From: Spirogloea muscicola | Taxonomy: Eukaryota | NCBI GenBank assembly: GCA_009602725.1 | Contig: WELB01000031.1 | Location: 697,512 to 757,723, forward strand | Direction: 5' to 3' | DNA length: 60,212 nucleotides | Translations under genes and position numbers: made by a program | In this document: one piece after another, positions 1-27,500 of the stretch | Layout of the letters: every line of letters starts with the position of its first letter | Position numbering within the stretch: position 1 is the first letter of the stretch | The notes under the pieces: model-generated | The model's input: the letters and a program-made list of their open reading frames with translations, nothing else | Told to the model about the DNA's origin: nothing | Database searches by the model: none

Positions 1-72
1 CCCCCCAACACCCCCCTAGTCGGCGCCGCCGCCGCGGCCGCCGCCGCCGCCGCCGCCGTGGCGAGGAACGGG

Positions 73-2391
73 ATGGCGCACTTTGGGCGGGCGGGGCCCC
101 CCGACATCCGCAACACCTACTCCCTCCTCGTCCTCAACATCACCTTCCGTGCGGGCCTTGTCCCTCGCTCCACCTCGCCGCCTCGCCGCCGCCCGGTGCG
201 GAGGGCTGACCCGCCGCCGCCCGCGGCGCAGGCACCGGCGCCGACGACCTCCTGCCGCTCTTCGACCGCTATGGCCACGTCGTCGACATCTTCATCCCCA
301 GGGACCGCAGGTGCCGCTGCGTGTCAAGGGGCTCGAGCTCCCAGCCCCAACCCTGGCCCAGCCTGCCCCTGCGCCCGCCCCTTGACTCGCCGCCGCAAGC
401 TGGCGGCTGCGCCGGGTCGGCGCCTTGACCAGTCATGCACGGACCTTTGACGGCCTTGCCCTCGGCTTTTCTGCCAGCTCTACCCCTCCTCCGTTGCTCC
501 TTCCCTCTCTGGCCACATCCAACACTGAGAAAGACCTCTGCCTTTGAGCTCCTGCCTCGCGCTCACGAACGACAGGCCTCCTCAGGCTACCTCTTTGCGA
601 GCTCATGGACGTCGCGCCCCGACTGCGTGCAGGACGGGGGAGTCGCGAGGGTTTGCTTTTGTAAGGTACAAGCACCCGGACGAGGCAGCCAAGGCGATCG
701 AGCGCCTCGACGGTCAGCTGCCTTTGCCTCCCCGTTTCGCAACCTGGATCTCCAGGCCTCGACTCGCCTGACCTTGAGAGCGTCAGAGGTTGCCATGTCT
801 TCGGCTTGTCTGCTTCTCTTCAATGACACTGCAAGCTTCCTCAATCCGAGCCGGCATTGGTGGCCTCTTTTCAGGCTCAGGCTGCTTGTTGACGAGTGCA
901 CCAGCATCAGAGCTTGTTGCTGGGCATCTGCCTAGCTTGTCCTCCGCCGTCGGTCTGACCTCTGCTGAGGTGTCCGGGGCTTCTCTGCGTAGGGCGGAAC
1001 GTGGATGGCAGAGATATTGTTGTCCAGTATGCCAAGTATGGGCGCAACGACGAAGCGATGTATGGTTCTTACCGATTTGCAGCCACTCGAGCAGAACTGA
1101 AGCTGCTTTTGGAATTATGCACAAGGCATGCACGCCCTTTCTTCCCCTCGGTGCCCTGCTTTACTACCTGATCTGCAGCACTTCTGCAGATCAAGAGGGA
1201 AAATCATCCAAGGTGAACCTGTCCGCCGGGGTGAGACGCCACCTCGTCGCCGGTGAGCTTTCCGACCACCACTTTGCGAGATGAGCACTAGGCAGGCTTC
1301 TGGCATGGTGAAATAGCTAAGGGGGGGAAGGTAGCCAAGAAGGTAGCCAGTGATTGATGCAGTCAAAGTATCTGGAGTGGCTGTGTGCCTAGTAAGTATA
1401 GCTTCGCCCTAGAGGGTAGCAGGCTTACGGGGTTGCAGGTACTGCCCTGTACATTGCTTGTATTGACTCTCCGTGGGGTATGTGCTGCATTTTCCATATA
1501 GGCATAGGGACAGGAGCCGGAGCCCGAGCAGGGGCCGAGACCGGAGAGACTCTAAGAGGAGCAAGCGCAGCTACAGCAGGAGCTACAGTCGCAGCCGCAG
1601 CCGCAGCCCCACCCCTGATCGGCTGCATCATCGCGGCTCTCGTCGCCGCAGTCCATCCCGCAGCATAAGCCGCAGCCGCAGTCGCAGTGCAAGCCCTGCT
1701 CCAGAGCGCGGCAGGTCAGAAAGCCGCGGCAGACTCTGAGGGTTCGAGATGCATATTTTAGGGTGCCAGAGCTGGTCTGCATGCGCATCACAACAGAAGT
1801 GTGTAACTTTTCTGCATTTTGAAGCTCTCTGCTCAACTCTTAGCTCTTTTGACCTCTGTCACCTGCCAGCCGGTCTCCGCCACCCCGTGGGCGTGATGTC
1901 AGTGCAAGCCGAAGCAGGAGTCCTGTTCGCAGCCGCAGCCACACGCCTCGTGCTGAGAAGTGAGGGCTTTCTTCCTGTATCTGCTGCTGAGGCAAGCGTG
2001 GGCTTTTGGACAGTCAAATGTCCTGTAGAGTCCTGGTCTATGGGAGCGTTGCAGTGGGCCAGTCATTAATTTGCCGCTTGTTTGAAGTATACTTTCCGCT
2101 TATGTGGCAGCCCGTTTTATTTATGGTGCTCTGCACGTGTGTTTGCTTGCAGGCATCATGAAGACCGGGATGTGATGCCTCCAGAAAGAGTGGACAATGG
2201 CAAGGATGCTCAAGAGGTTGGCAACATGCTCCTGCTGCATCTCATGATCTTGCCTGTCGTGAGTACCATACTACAAGTATGTTGCTGGAGGCTGTTGGCT
2301 TACTCTGACTTGTGCTGCCTTGTGATGCCTTTGGCAAGTCATTGAATGGTCTCTAGGGCATGTACAGGAAGCAGGAGAAGGGTTGCCATGA
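73..2391 (+). CDS. SC35: SR splicing factor SC35 (RRM + RS domain), multi-exon
   Basis: Exons joined at GT-AG sites: MAHFGRAGPPDIRNTYSLLVLNITFR (73-148) / TGADDLLPLFDRYGHVVDIFIPRDRR / TGESRGFAFVRYKHPDEAAKAIERLDG (RNP1) / RNVDGRDIVVQYAKYG. RS-rich exon at about 1502-1730. The last exon (EAGEGLP*, 2368-2391) is tentative. Confidence 0.93.
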
Positions 2392-2852
2392 GCAGCAAAG
2401 GCGGCATGGAGTTGGCACAGCTGAGGCCTCAGTGATGGCAGCTTGCTTGTCGGCAGCTCCTTCATCACAATCAATTGCAGCCTTAAGGGGGATCATGCAC
2501 AGTCGTACCTAGGGCTTGCGGTGAGTGTGTACAGCACGAGCTTGAAGTAGCTGGTTGGCAGGCACCCTTGGCTGCTGGTTTGATGCAACTCTGGGAGATT
2601 ATTGAGGGCACTAGTAGGTCTGGCAGATTGAATTCTATGGTAGGCAATAACTGCATCTTGCGAAGCTCAAGTTCCTTGTGCAGCCAGTCGTGCTCTCCAC
2701 ATTGACACTCGGTGACGAGAGTGGCAAGAGGCGAGAGGATGTAGCCGAATCTGCTTACATGCATCTGGCATCCACAGTGGAAAAATCAACACAACGTGCA
2801 CAGCCTGACTTGCTTTGGTCGGGCTGTGCTAGTCCGTGGTGAGAGGTCTGCT

Positions 2853-2988
2853 GAGAACGTGAGTTCGTGAGAAGCTGAGCTCGTGAGCACGAGACCGTGC
2901 GACGGCGTGAGAATGTGGGAACGTGAGAACGTGAGAACGTGAGATCGTGAGATCGTGAGATCGTGAGATCGTGAGAACGTGAGCCCGC
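2853..2988. repeat. Degenerate 8-bp tandem repeat (GAGAWCGT)n
   Basis: Units gagaacgt, gagttcgt, gagctcgt, gagatcgt x4 and others are directly visible. Confidence 0.9.
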
Positions 2989-3499
2989 GAGGATGTGGCT
3001 GGTTGAGCTTTCAGCTGCTGGCGTCCCACCCGAGCTGCTGCTGGAGCCTTGCTCGAGGCAAGATGTACCTGGGGGTCGGGAGCTGAGCTGGCTGGCCCGG
3101 CGAAGCTGGCCAAGCCGAGGTGGGGGCCCAGCTGCGGTACTGTCCCAGGCGATCTGCAAGTAGGTGTCAAAGGCTCCCCTCCCTCTGCCACGTGCATCAA
3201 GCGAGCGCTGATGTGCCTGGCGCAGCTTGGCAGGTGCTGCAATGCTCGCAGGTCAGGGGAGCCTGGCCACCCATCCCCGCGCTCTGAATGCAGAGCGCGG
3301 GCGCGAAGCAGAGGGAGGTCGGGGCAGGGGCTGCTTAGGGGAGGAGTGGGGGGCGAGCGAGCGGGGGGTGTCCTTGCCTGCTGTAGTCGGCCGCTCTGGC
3401 GCTCCGCCCCTCACAACACACACAAGCCACAATACACACATACGAGCACAGTGGACGAAGTGAACCAGCACGCTTCAAAGCAAAGGCGATGGCTGCAAG

Positions 3500-3567
3500 A
3501 GGAATCTGCTCGCCCATAGGAAAAGAGGGGCTAGCAAAGCCAGCCCAGAAAAGAATGGACAGTATCC
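3500..3567 (-). mobile_element. Diverged 3'-end fragment of CRE-like retroelement
   Basis: Reverse complement reads tgtccattcttttctgggctggctttgctagcccctcttttcctatgggcgagcagattc, matching the 3' terminus of the element at 29390. Confidence 0.8.
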
Positions 3568-3657
3568 GCGGGCCACAACGGCCACAAAACGGTGCCAAAA
3601 AAGAGAAAACCGCGTATCAATAGACGCGCTTCTCCTCCAGCATACACGCCATCTACA

Positions 3658-3795
3658 TCTGCATCTCCCTCTGCACCATCTTGCACTTTGTAGTGTAGTC
3701 CTTTTTCAGCACCTCTTTCTTTGGCTTTGAACATTGTCCATTCTTTTTGGGTTGGCTTTGCCAGCCCCTCTTCTCAATGGGCGAGCACCTTCTTT
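3658..3795 (+). mobile_element. 5'-truncated CRE-like copy (subfamily A, 3' UTR only) with 8-bp TSD
   Basis: Near-identical to the reverse complement of 29394-29530. Flanked by CATCTACA at 3650-3657 and 3796-3803. Confidence 0.9.
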
Positions 3796-3846
3796 CATCT
3801 ACACCCCCTTCCATGGAGCCCAACGCCGCCATGGGCGTGGGCACGA

Positions 3847-3919
3847 AGAAAGTGCTCGCCCATTGAGGATAGGGGCTGGAAAAGCCAGCCCAAAAAAGAA
3901 TGAACGAAGTATGAGAAGG
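3847..3919 (-). mobile_element. 5'-truncated CRE-like 3' end (subfamily B-like) with 8-bp TSD
   Basis: Reverse complement matches the B-type 3' UTR (cccttctc..gttcattctttt..gggctgg..ccagccc..gggcgagcactttcttc). Flanked by GGGCACGA at 3839-3846 and 3920-3927. Confidence 0.85.
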
Positions 3920-3935
3920 GGGCACGAGGCCTCCA

Positions 3936-4003
3936 CATTGTCCGTTCTTTTTGGGTTGGCTTTTGCCAGCCTCTCTTCTCAATGGGCGAGCACTTTCTTC
4001 TTC
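3936..4003 (+). mobile_element. CRE-like 3'-end fragment (A-like)
   Basis: acattgtccgttctttttgggttggctttttgccagcctctcttctcaatgggcgagcactttcttcttc; no clear TSD. Confidence 0.85.
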
Positions 4004-4225
4004 TATCACCGGCGCCGGGCGCCCAGCGGGGCCTCCTCCGCGCCCGCGCGCCGCGCGCCGCCACGAGGCCATGGCGGCGGGCGGAGGGCCGGAGGCTCCC
4101 CGCTGCTGGCCCATCGCCTCCCCCTGCACTGCAGCATCCTGCAAGGGCCGGCAGGGCCACGCCGCAGGCTGCTGCGGCGGTGCAGCATGCTGGCCTGGGC
4201 TCGGCCGCCCTGATTGCTCTTACAG

Positions 4226-4595
4226 CTGCTCACCCAGCTCGCCCGCCACGCCATCGCCCGGCGCTTCCATGGGGAGCCGGTTGACTTCCCTGCAGCCGGG
4301 TCGCTGGCGCAAGTGTATCGAATGCGCCTGGCCGTCTCGCTGCAGAGGTCCATGGCCCGGGCGCTGCACCTTCGTGCCGGCAGAGCCCTCGCTGCTGCCT
4401 CTGGCTCTGGCCAGGGGACCCACTTCCAGGAGCCCAGCATCTCTGATCTGCGGCTGCTTAGCAGGGGTTACTGAGTGTCTCGTAGCAGCTTTGTTTCTGT
4501 TACTTAGCGCTTCCCCTGGCCCCCTTCTCGTACTCTGTTCATTCTTTTTCGGGCTGGTTGTTCCAGCCCCTTTTCTCAATGAGCGAGCACTTTCT
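4226..4595 (+). mobile_element. 5'-truncated CRE-like copy (subfamily B) with 8-bp TSD
   Basis: Encodes ..AGSLAQVYRMRLAVSLQRSMARALHLRAGRALAAASG..SDLRLLSRGY*, homologous to the C-terminus of ORF 29536-31356. Flanked by TCTTACAG at 4218-4225 and 4596-4603. Confidence 0.92.
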
Positions 4596-5446
4596 TCTTA
4601 CAGGGCAACTACCTGTCACCGAAACTGTCTCCTTTTTAAACTACTCAGCAGTATGATCCCCGTGGCTGGGTCAGCAACCAAGGACCGCTCCTTGCTGGTC
4701 ATGCGGTTCTTGAGGCAAAGTTCTGCTTAGCCATTATATGCTGGCCCCACTTGCTTCACTTTGCCACTGTGTAAGACCGGATGGTGTTAACAAGGGTGAA
4801 AGAGAAGGAAAATATCGCGCAGATATTCCAACAGTAAATGTAATGCATAAGCTGGGTCAGCCTCGCTGTAACTATATGCCTTTGCATAGGTGTGCAATGG
4901 CCAAATAGGTGACAAGCATGGCTTTTCCGCTTGTAGTCACACGCCCTCAAGCATTATTTGCAGTGGTGCTCACCTTTTGGTGAAGGACTTAATTTGGAAA
5001 GTCATAGCTTCTTAGGGCAGGAATGGATGGACTTGGTCAAAAATCGATGGATGACAAGCAACCCATCAGTCAGAGGAATCGAGCTATATTGACAAAGCAG
5101 CTGCCTATGCCGTCTTCATCAACTTACAGCCTTCACGAACATGGGTTGGTCATCCATCGCTCTGCTGCACCGCTGCTATTCAGAAAGTCACTATGGAGTC
5201 ATTGCACGAAGACAATCTCAAGCCAGACTCAAAGTACATAGCAGTCTTTGACATGCAGACTTGAGCAAAGGAACATACCAGTCAACAACCCCACTACCAT
5301 GACAACAAACAAACAAAGTGTACTGCCAAGGCTGGGCCAATTCTAAGAGCTTCAAGAGGAGTGTACCATTGGTGCCATCACATCTTTGGTCAAAAACGAG
5401 ATCAAAGCACCTCATGGCTTTCCATGAATTTGTACACTGGCTAGGG

Positions 5447-20639
<15,193 letters not shown>

Positions 20640-21632
20640 NNNNNNNNNNNNNNNNNNNNNNNNNNNNNNNNNNNNNNNNNNNNNNNNNNNNNNNNNNNNN
20701 NNNNNNNNNNNNNNNNNNNNNNNNNNNNNNNNNNNNNNNNNNNNNNNNNNNNNNNNNNNNNNNNNNNNNNNNNNNNNNNNNNNNNNNNNNNNNNNNNNNN
20801 NNNNNNNNNNNNNNNNNNNNNNNNNNNNNNNNNNNNNNNNNNNNNNNNNNNNNNNNNNNNNNNNNNNNNNNNNNNNNNNNNNNNNNNNNNNNNNNNNNNN
20901 NNNNNNNNNNNNNNNNNNNNNNNNNNNNNNNNNNNNNNNNNNNNNNNNNNNNNNNNNNNNNNNNNNNNNNNNNNNNNNNNNNNNNNNNNNNNNNNNNNNN
21001 NNNNNNNNNNNNNNNNNNNNNNNNNNNNNNNNNNNNNNNNNNNNNNNNNNNNNNNNNNNNNNNNNNNNNNNNNNNNNNNNNNNNNNNNNNNNNNNNNNNN
21101 NNNNNNNNNNNNNNNNNNNNNNNNNNNNNNNNNNNNNNNNNNNNNNNNNNNNNNNNNNNNNNNNNNNNNNNNNNNNNNNNNNNNNNNNNNNNNNNNNNNN
21201 NNNNNNNNNNNNNNNNNNNNNNNNNNNNNNNNNNNNNNNNNNNNNNNNNNNNNNNNNNNNNNNNNNNNNNNNNNNNNNNNNNNNNNNNNNNNNNNNNNNN
21301 NNNNNNNNNNNNNNNNNNNNNNNNNNNNNNNNNNNNNNNNNNNNNNNNNNNNNNNNNNNNNNNNNNNNNNNNNNNNNNNNNNNNNNNNNNNNNNNNNNNN
21401 NNNNNNNNNNNNNNNNNNNNNNNNNNNNNNNNNNNNNNNNNNNNNNNNNNNNNNNNNNNNNNNNNNNNNNNNNNNNNNNNNNNNNNNNNNNNNNNNNNNN
21501 NNNNNNNNNNNNNNNNNNNNNNNNNNNNNNNNNNNNNNNNNNNNNNNNNNNNNNNNNNNNNNNNNNNNNNNNNNNNNNNNNNNNNNNNNNNNNNNNNNNN
21601 NNNNNNNNNNNNNNNNNNNNNNNNNNNNNNNN
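20640..21632. other. Assembly gap (others at 33306-33459, about 42595-43336 and 53730-54618)
   Basis: N runs. Confidence 0.99.
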
Positions 21633-23497
21633 GCCGCCACGGGCGCTGAGGTGCTCGGCTGCGGCGGCAGGGGCAGAAGCGCGGCGCCGTGGGCACGGCC
21701 GCGCGCATCGTGCGCGAGGAGGGCGTGGCGGGGCTCTACCGCGGCCTCACGCCCGCGCTCGCGCGCCACGTCTTCTACACCTCCATCCGCATCGTCGTCT
21801 ACGAGCAGGTCAGCAGCTGCTGCCACCGAGCGTCGGCACTGGCGGCGAAGGCTGTGCAGGGCGGCGCGCTGGCACAGCAGCGGCGGCCTCTGACGGGCAG
21901 TCCTGGCTCCCATGCGGGCCGCCAGGCGAGCAAGCCCTCGACCAACCCCCGCCGCCGCCGCCGCCGCCGCCGCAGCTCAGGAACAGCCTGCAGGCGCAGC
22001 AAGGCCACAGGGACCTCGGCGTCGCCAGCAAAGCCCTCGTGGGCGGCGCCGCAGGCGTCATTGGCCAGGTCCGTCGACCCGCTCCATGCCTTGCTCCCGC
22101 TCCTGCCTTGCTGGGATCGTCCAGGCCCGCCATGCGCTGCGGTGGTCCACTACTTAGGCATTGCGGCACGCATTGATGTCAACCACGCCTCAGGAAGGAG
22201 CTGCAGCCTGACTTGCCGGTGCCTCCTTGACTGCACCCAGGTCGTGGCGAGCCCCGCAGACCTGGTCAAGGTGCGCATGCAGGCGGACGGGCGCCTGCTG
22301 GTTGCCGGGCAGGCACCGAGATATACCTCCATCGTGGACGCCTTCACCAAGATTGTCAAAGCTGAGGGTGTGAGAGGTGAGCCGCCTGCACATTCCCACG
22401 GATGGGGGACCTCAGTGAGGTCTGCTTTATGACACTGAAGTGTCCCGCCGATTGAGCTTTGCCTCGAGCACCAGGTGGTCTGTGCTGGACTCTGCAGGCC
22501 TTGTAGGAGGAGCATGGCAGCCTGGCAGAGCAGCTTCATGTTGCCTTTTCTAGGCCACACAACCCGCATATGACAAGGTTCACCGATGTGGACAGGCTTG
22601 TACCGAGGTGTGGGGCCCAATGCGCAGCGGGCATTTCTGGTGAACATGGGCGAGCTCGCTTGCTACGACCAGGCCAAGCAGTCGGTCATTCGGAGCGGCC
22701 TCTTGCAAGACAACATCTTCGCGCACACCGCGGCCTCGGTCATGTCCGGGTTGTGCGCCACCACACTCAGCTGCCCAGCAGGTGCATGCCTCGCCTCTCC
22801 TCACCTTCGCCTATGGGTCGGTTTATGAGCCTGGTCTGAGGACGTGCACCTCTTTTAGCGACACCTGATTGGCAGAATTTGATCTCTTCTGATCGTGCCC
22901 GCGGTGCTCAGATGTCGTCAAGACTCGGATGATGAATCAGGCCGCCAGGGGCCCCGCCGAAGGTGCCCCAATGTACCGCAGCTCCATCGATTGCCTCATG
23001 AAGACTGTCAAAGCAGAGGGCATATTTGCTCTTTGGAAGGTAATCGAAGAGTCACTCCTTGTGCGTAACACCGAGTGCACTTTGCGACCAATGAGCATGT
23101 TATGCACTTGCAGCTTAGCAGTGGCACACTGGAGGTTTGTAAGCGTCACTTCAGGGGATGCTGCGCTTATCTGGCCACGCGCTCTGTGCCTCGTTCCTCG
23201 TTCAAGACTGCATCTGGCTCTGCTGTCCTGTGACTGTCCTGTGACCTGTGGTTGTCTTAGTTCGCTGCGCTGCAAGCGAGTAGAAGCCTCTCAAGTGCTG
23301 CTCGAATCTGCTCAGCAGCTTTGCAGTGGACTTTGGCTCGCCTGCAAGTTACCAATGGTTTTCTCTCCTCACGAGGTGTGCATTGCGGCTTTGTGCAGGG
23401 TTTCTTTCCAACCTGGGCTCGCTTGGGCCCGTGGCAATTTGTCTTCTGGGTCTCTTATGAGGAGATGCGCAAGCTCTCAGGCCTGCCCTCGTTCTGA
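21633..23497 (+). CDS. PUMP3: Mitochondrial carrier, uncoupling protein 3-like (PUMP3); 5' end in gap
   Basis: GVAGLYRGLTPALARHVFYTSIRI, VASPADLVKVRMQADGR, GLYRGVGPNAQRAFLVNMGELACYDQAK, CPADVVKTRMMNQ, GFFPTWARLGPWQFVFWVSYE...GLPSF*. Carrier signature PxDxxKxR is present. Confidence 0.9.
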
Positions 23498-24530
23498 GCA
23501 TGTGGTGTTCCGATGTTCTGCTTTCGTCCCAGACACCTATTTCTTAAGTAGAGTGGCCAACCACTGTCTCCTGCCTGCTGGCAATTCACACACAGTACAT
23601 TAATCTGCTCCCAGAGGCACATGCTTACGCATTTGTACACGTATTCTTCGATCTGAAGGAATTTTTGACTTCTTTCACTAACTACATCACAAGGGCGGGA
23701 TCGCAAGTCCTCTTGTAGAGCCTCTGGAAGAGATTTGTGGTCTCTTAAAGTTTCATACAGGAGAGCTTCTATTGGGCCTCCTTTAGCAGTTTCTCTACAC
23801 GTCAAGTTCTACTCGATGAATTTGACATCAAAGCGAGGCAGTGCCTGCAAGAGAATGGCAAGAAGCATAACTAATTTATGCTTCTCGTGAAGTGCCAGCC
23901 AGGAAGAATGCCCAATCAGTTCAAGTGAGCAGTTGACCTGATAAATTTCTCCTTCAGAAATTATAAGCCAGACGCAAGGGCACAAAGAAGGATGGACTTT
24001 GCTCAGGCCGAGGCTGTAGCATTGGCTCATATCTAGCAAGTAAGGCAATGCCTAAGTTAACCGCAGTAAGATAAGAGGCACATGCCACGAAGGAAGGCAA
24101 GAGAGCTTCACATCCACTTCACACCCTGCTATTTGTTGTTCAGTGCCTTTGCTGGCCTCCCTGCCAGCCGCAGCAGCCAGTCCAGCAAGTTTGGTTGTGA
24201 AGTTCCCGTGGACAACAACAAAGAAGCCAGGGGATGAAAGCAAGATGATGCAGAGCGCTCACTCCCCAAGCTACACCAATCTCTGTAAACTACCCCTGCA
24301 GGCCAGTTGTCTCTGAAGTGTCTCGCAATCTCAGAACTAGACTTTCTCCGCGACTATGACTGCACATTTGACAGGTGACCAAGTGATGGTTGCCACGAGG
24401 CCGTCCCACAAGGGTTTGCAAGCCTTGCAATTGTGTTGACCAGCATTGGTTCCTCCCTACACCACCCCATACGCAGTCTCCAAGAACCTCTAAGAGCTTG
24501 CTCGTCCTTGACATCCCACCGGTAGGCCCC

Positions 24531-27500
24531 TTAATATGGTTCGCAAGGGGTGCGGAACGCAGATCCAGCATACTCAGCAGCTGACCCCAGCTCCTCTTCG
24601 ATCCGCAACAGCTGCCAAATGACACCAGGTTGTGTGCGCTGCTTGTCAGTATGCATCACGCAACTCAGCGTGCTAAAAGCAGGCAGTCCAGGCAGGAGCA
24701 TGATGGCAAGCTAAGACTTCACTTTGCAGCAAGTCCTAGGCAAGTCAAGCTCCCTCCTTGAGCACGAATATCTTGCCTCACCTGATTATACTTAGCCAGG
24801 CGCTCAGACCTGCAGGGCGCCCCTGTCTTGATTTGACCCTGCACCTCGCAAGAGCTACTGTCATTGACGTAGAGTTGCGCATGCCAAATTTGTAATCCCG
24901 AAGCTTCCATCTTCATCTCAAAGCACTGCTGTTAGCACCACCAGGTGTACAGTCCTTGTACAGTCCTTGCAGGCAGTAGCAGCAATTATTGAAACACAAC
25001 TTACCATCAGCTGTGCTACTTCCACTCTCACCTGATTAGGCACATGCTTGACCTACAGGTTTGAGCAGATCACTAGCAGACTTACCGTGGCAAGTCCAAC
25101 TGCCAAGTCGGCAATAAAGGTATCTTCTGTCTCGCCGCTGGCAAGATCAAGGTAGAGAGCAAATGCCACAATATATGTCTCAGTCCAGGCAGCTAGGCCA
25201 TGTGAGACAACATCATCAATCTTGCCTGAGGTGTTGAAAAGCAAGTTGCTAGCTGTTGCCACTAAGACAAACGTAGATGCATGCAGATACAGTCCCTACT
25301 ACGGCAGCAACTTTTCTCCGGTGTTCAGCTCCAGGCCTCACTTGTTCAGCTTCTTCTGCCCACTACCCTTGTAGCATACCACTTCAAGCTGTGTTGAGTA
25401 ACTTCAAGACCGAAGTCATACCTTCGGTGGGAGGTCATCACTCCCCACCCAGCCTGCTTTGACATTTTGACTGCATCAATTGACTCGGTGACACTGCCAA
25501 TCTGGTTCACTTTGAGAAGGAGAGCATTGCATGATTTCTCCTTGATGGCCTTTGACACTCTCTGCAGACAGGCGCACAGGTGCCTACTGAACACTAAGAG
25601 CAGCTGGGACTTGTATTAAACATGTACAGGACCATAAGATAGGCATGGTAACTGACAACCTCGTGCGTACACGCTCTCAAACAGAGCCAAATCTGCTAGG
25701 AAACTCAATGAATCTATTTGCCAGAGGTGAGATGTATTGACAAGTTTGTACTGAGCAAAGTCCATCAGATCACCTGACACCACAATAAACAGCGCCGGTA
25801 CCCACCACTGCCTGGTCAGCTTGAGAGTCAAGATTCACTTACTGTGACGTTGGTGACGAGAAGATCGTCACCCACGATTTGGACCTTCTCGCCGATTGCT
25901 GCACAGAACTTTGGGTAGTGTTCCCAATCGTCCTGATCAAATGGATCTTCGATGGACACAATGGGATAGTTGTCCACAAACGACTTGTAGAGATCAATTA
26001 TCTGGTCCCCGCTCAGCTTGCTGCTCCCATCATTGCCCTGTCAGACAAAGAGGCTGTGATGACTTTAGAGCAGACTTCTTATGCAGTATACTTCAGGCAG
26101 CAGTATCCAATGCAGCAGGAGGCACCAACTGGAACACCTAGTTGATCTTCTGCTAACAAGGCAGGCTCTGCACGACCTACATTCAAACAGGTGAAGAGTG
26201 ATGAGGGCAAGATTTTACCTCGGTCTTGAAGTCCAGATCGTATGTCTTATCCTTCTCACTGTAAAACTCTGATGCTGCAACATCCATACCTATCATGACC
26301 TGCAAACACTTGTCTTCTGCTTGATTGACCACATTCTGCAACTGGCTGGCGCCAAGCTATGAGCACTGATTGCAAGTTGCACCTTGTATGCAAATGTCAT
26401 GGGGATGGAGGCAATGTGTGCAGGGACACGTTCGGCTATTGACAAGCAGTGCATGGGCCAAATCGCAAGGTGATCTACTGCAGGTACCTTGCCAGTGTAG
26501 CCAGCCTTTGCAATGGCCGCCTGCAGAAGGTCCAAGCCCTCCTTGTTGTCCTACATAAGCCAAGTAACAATCTGCCCGACACTCAGGACAAGGATCCAGC
26601 AGGGGCTATGAAGGCAGACACAAACCGCAGCCCTGTGATCAAAAGGTACAAGGGACGCACACAAGAAGCTTGATATGATATCAATGTGGACGCTTGAGGG
26701 CTGTGCTTAGAACTGACATTTGCCACCAATTCGAAGCTGATGCGCAGGTGATAAAAGTGATTATTCTCACTAGCAGCTCTGAGCAGGTCATAATCTTCAA
26801 TCTGAACAGGCCATGATTTACCTGAATGTTGGGAGCAAAGCCACCCTCATCTCCAACATTTGTTGCATCTTGCCCATACTGCTTCTTGATGACCGCCTGC
26901 AACCCAAACCAGCCACTTCAAGTTGCCTATTGACACTCATCGCAAGGTATACTGTCGTGCCTCAAGAGTGCAGCACGTCAGATGCTTCTTGAGGTAGTGC
27001 TTCTGGCAGAATCTCATGGCCCACTGATGCTGTATATTGCAAGAGGACTAGCAAGAAGTAATATCTTGCACATACGTCCCCCTTGCTCCATCAACCTCAT
27101 GCTGCAGAACCCTGAAGACACTGCAGGTCTGTGTAAACCATCAGATGTACCTTCAGGTTGTGGTAGACCTCCGTCCCCATTTTCATGGCCTCCTTGAACG
27201 AGGATGCTCCGATAGGCAGGATCATAAACTCCTGCACATAGACACGAGTGCTGAGCCGTCCGAGCCAAGCACCGCAGGCAAGATCTGCTTCAACAGCCTG
27301 ACAATCTGCAGAGTTCACATAAGTACATGGCTCACGGTCTTGTGGCAAAGTGAGGGCGCTGGAGGCAAGCCTGACCTGCATGGCAAGCTTATTCCCTGCA
27401 TGGGAGCCCCCATTGATTACGTTGAACGCGGGGACAGGGAGCACAAGCTTGCTGTTGCCAGCAAGCTCAGAGATGTGCTAAGCCACGACAGACGATGATG

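Noticed and set aside
2853..2988. CRISPR-like array
   Set aside because: Tandem 8-mers with no unique spacers, in a eukaryotic context with no cas genes.
3847..4003. MITE with terminal inverted repeats
   Set aside because: Both arms are retroelement 3' ends from different subfamilies, and the left arm has its own TSD.
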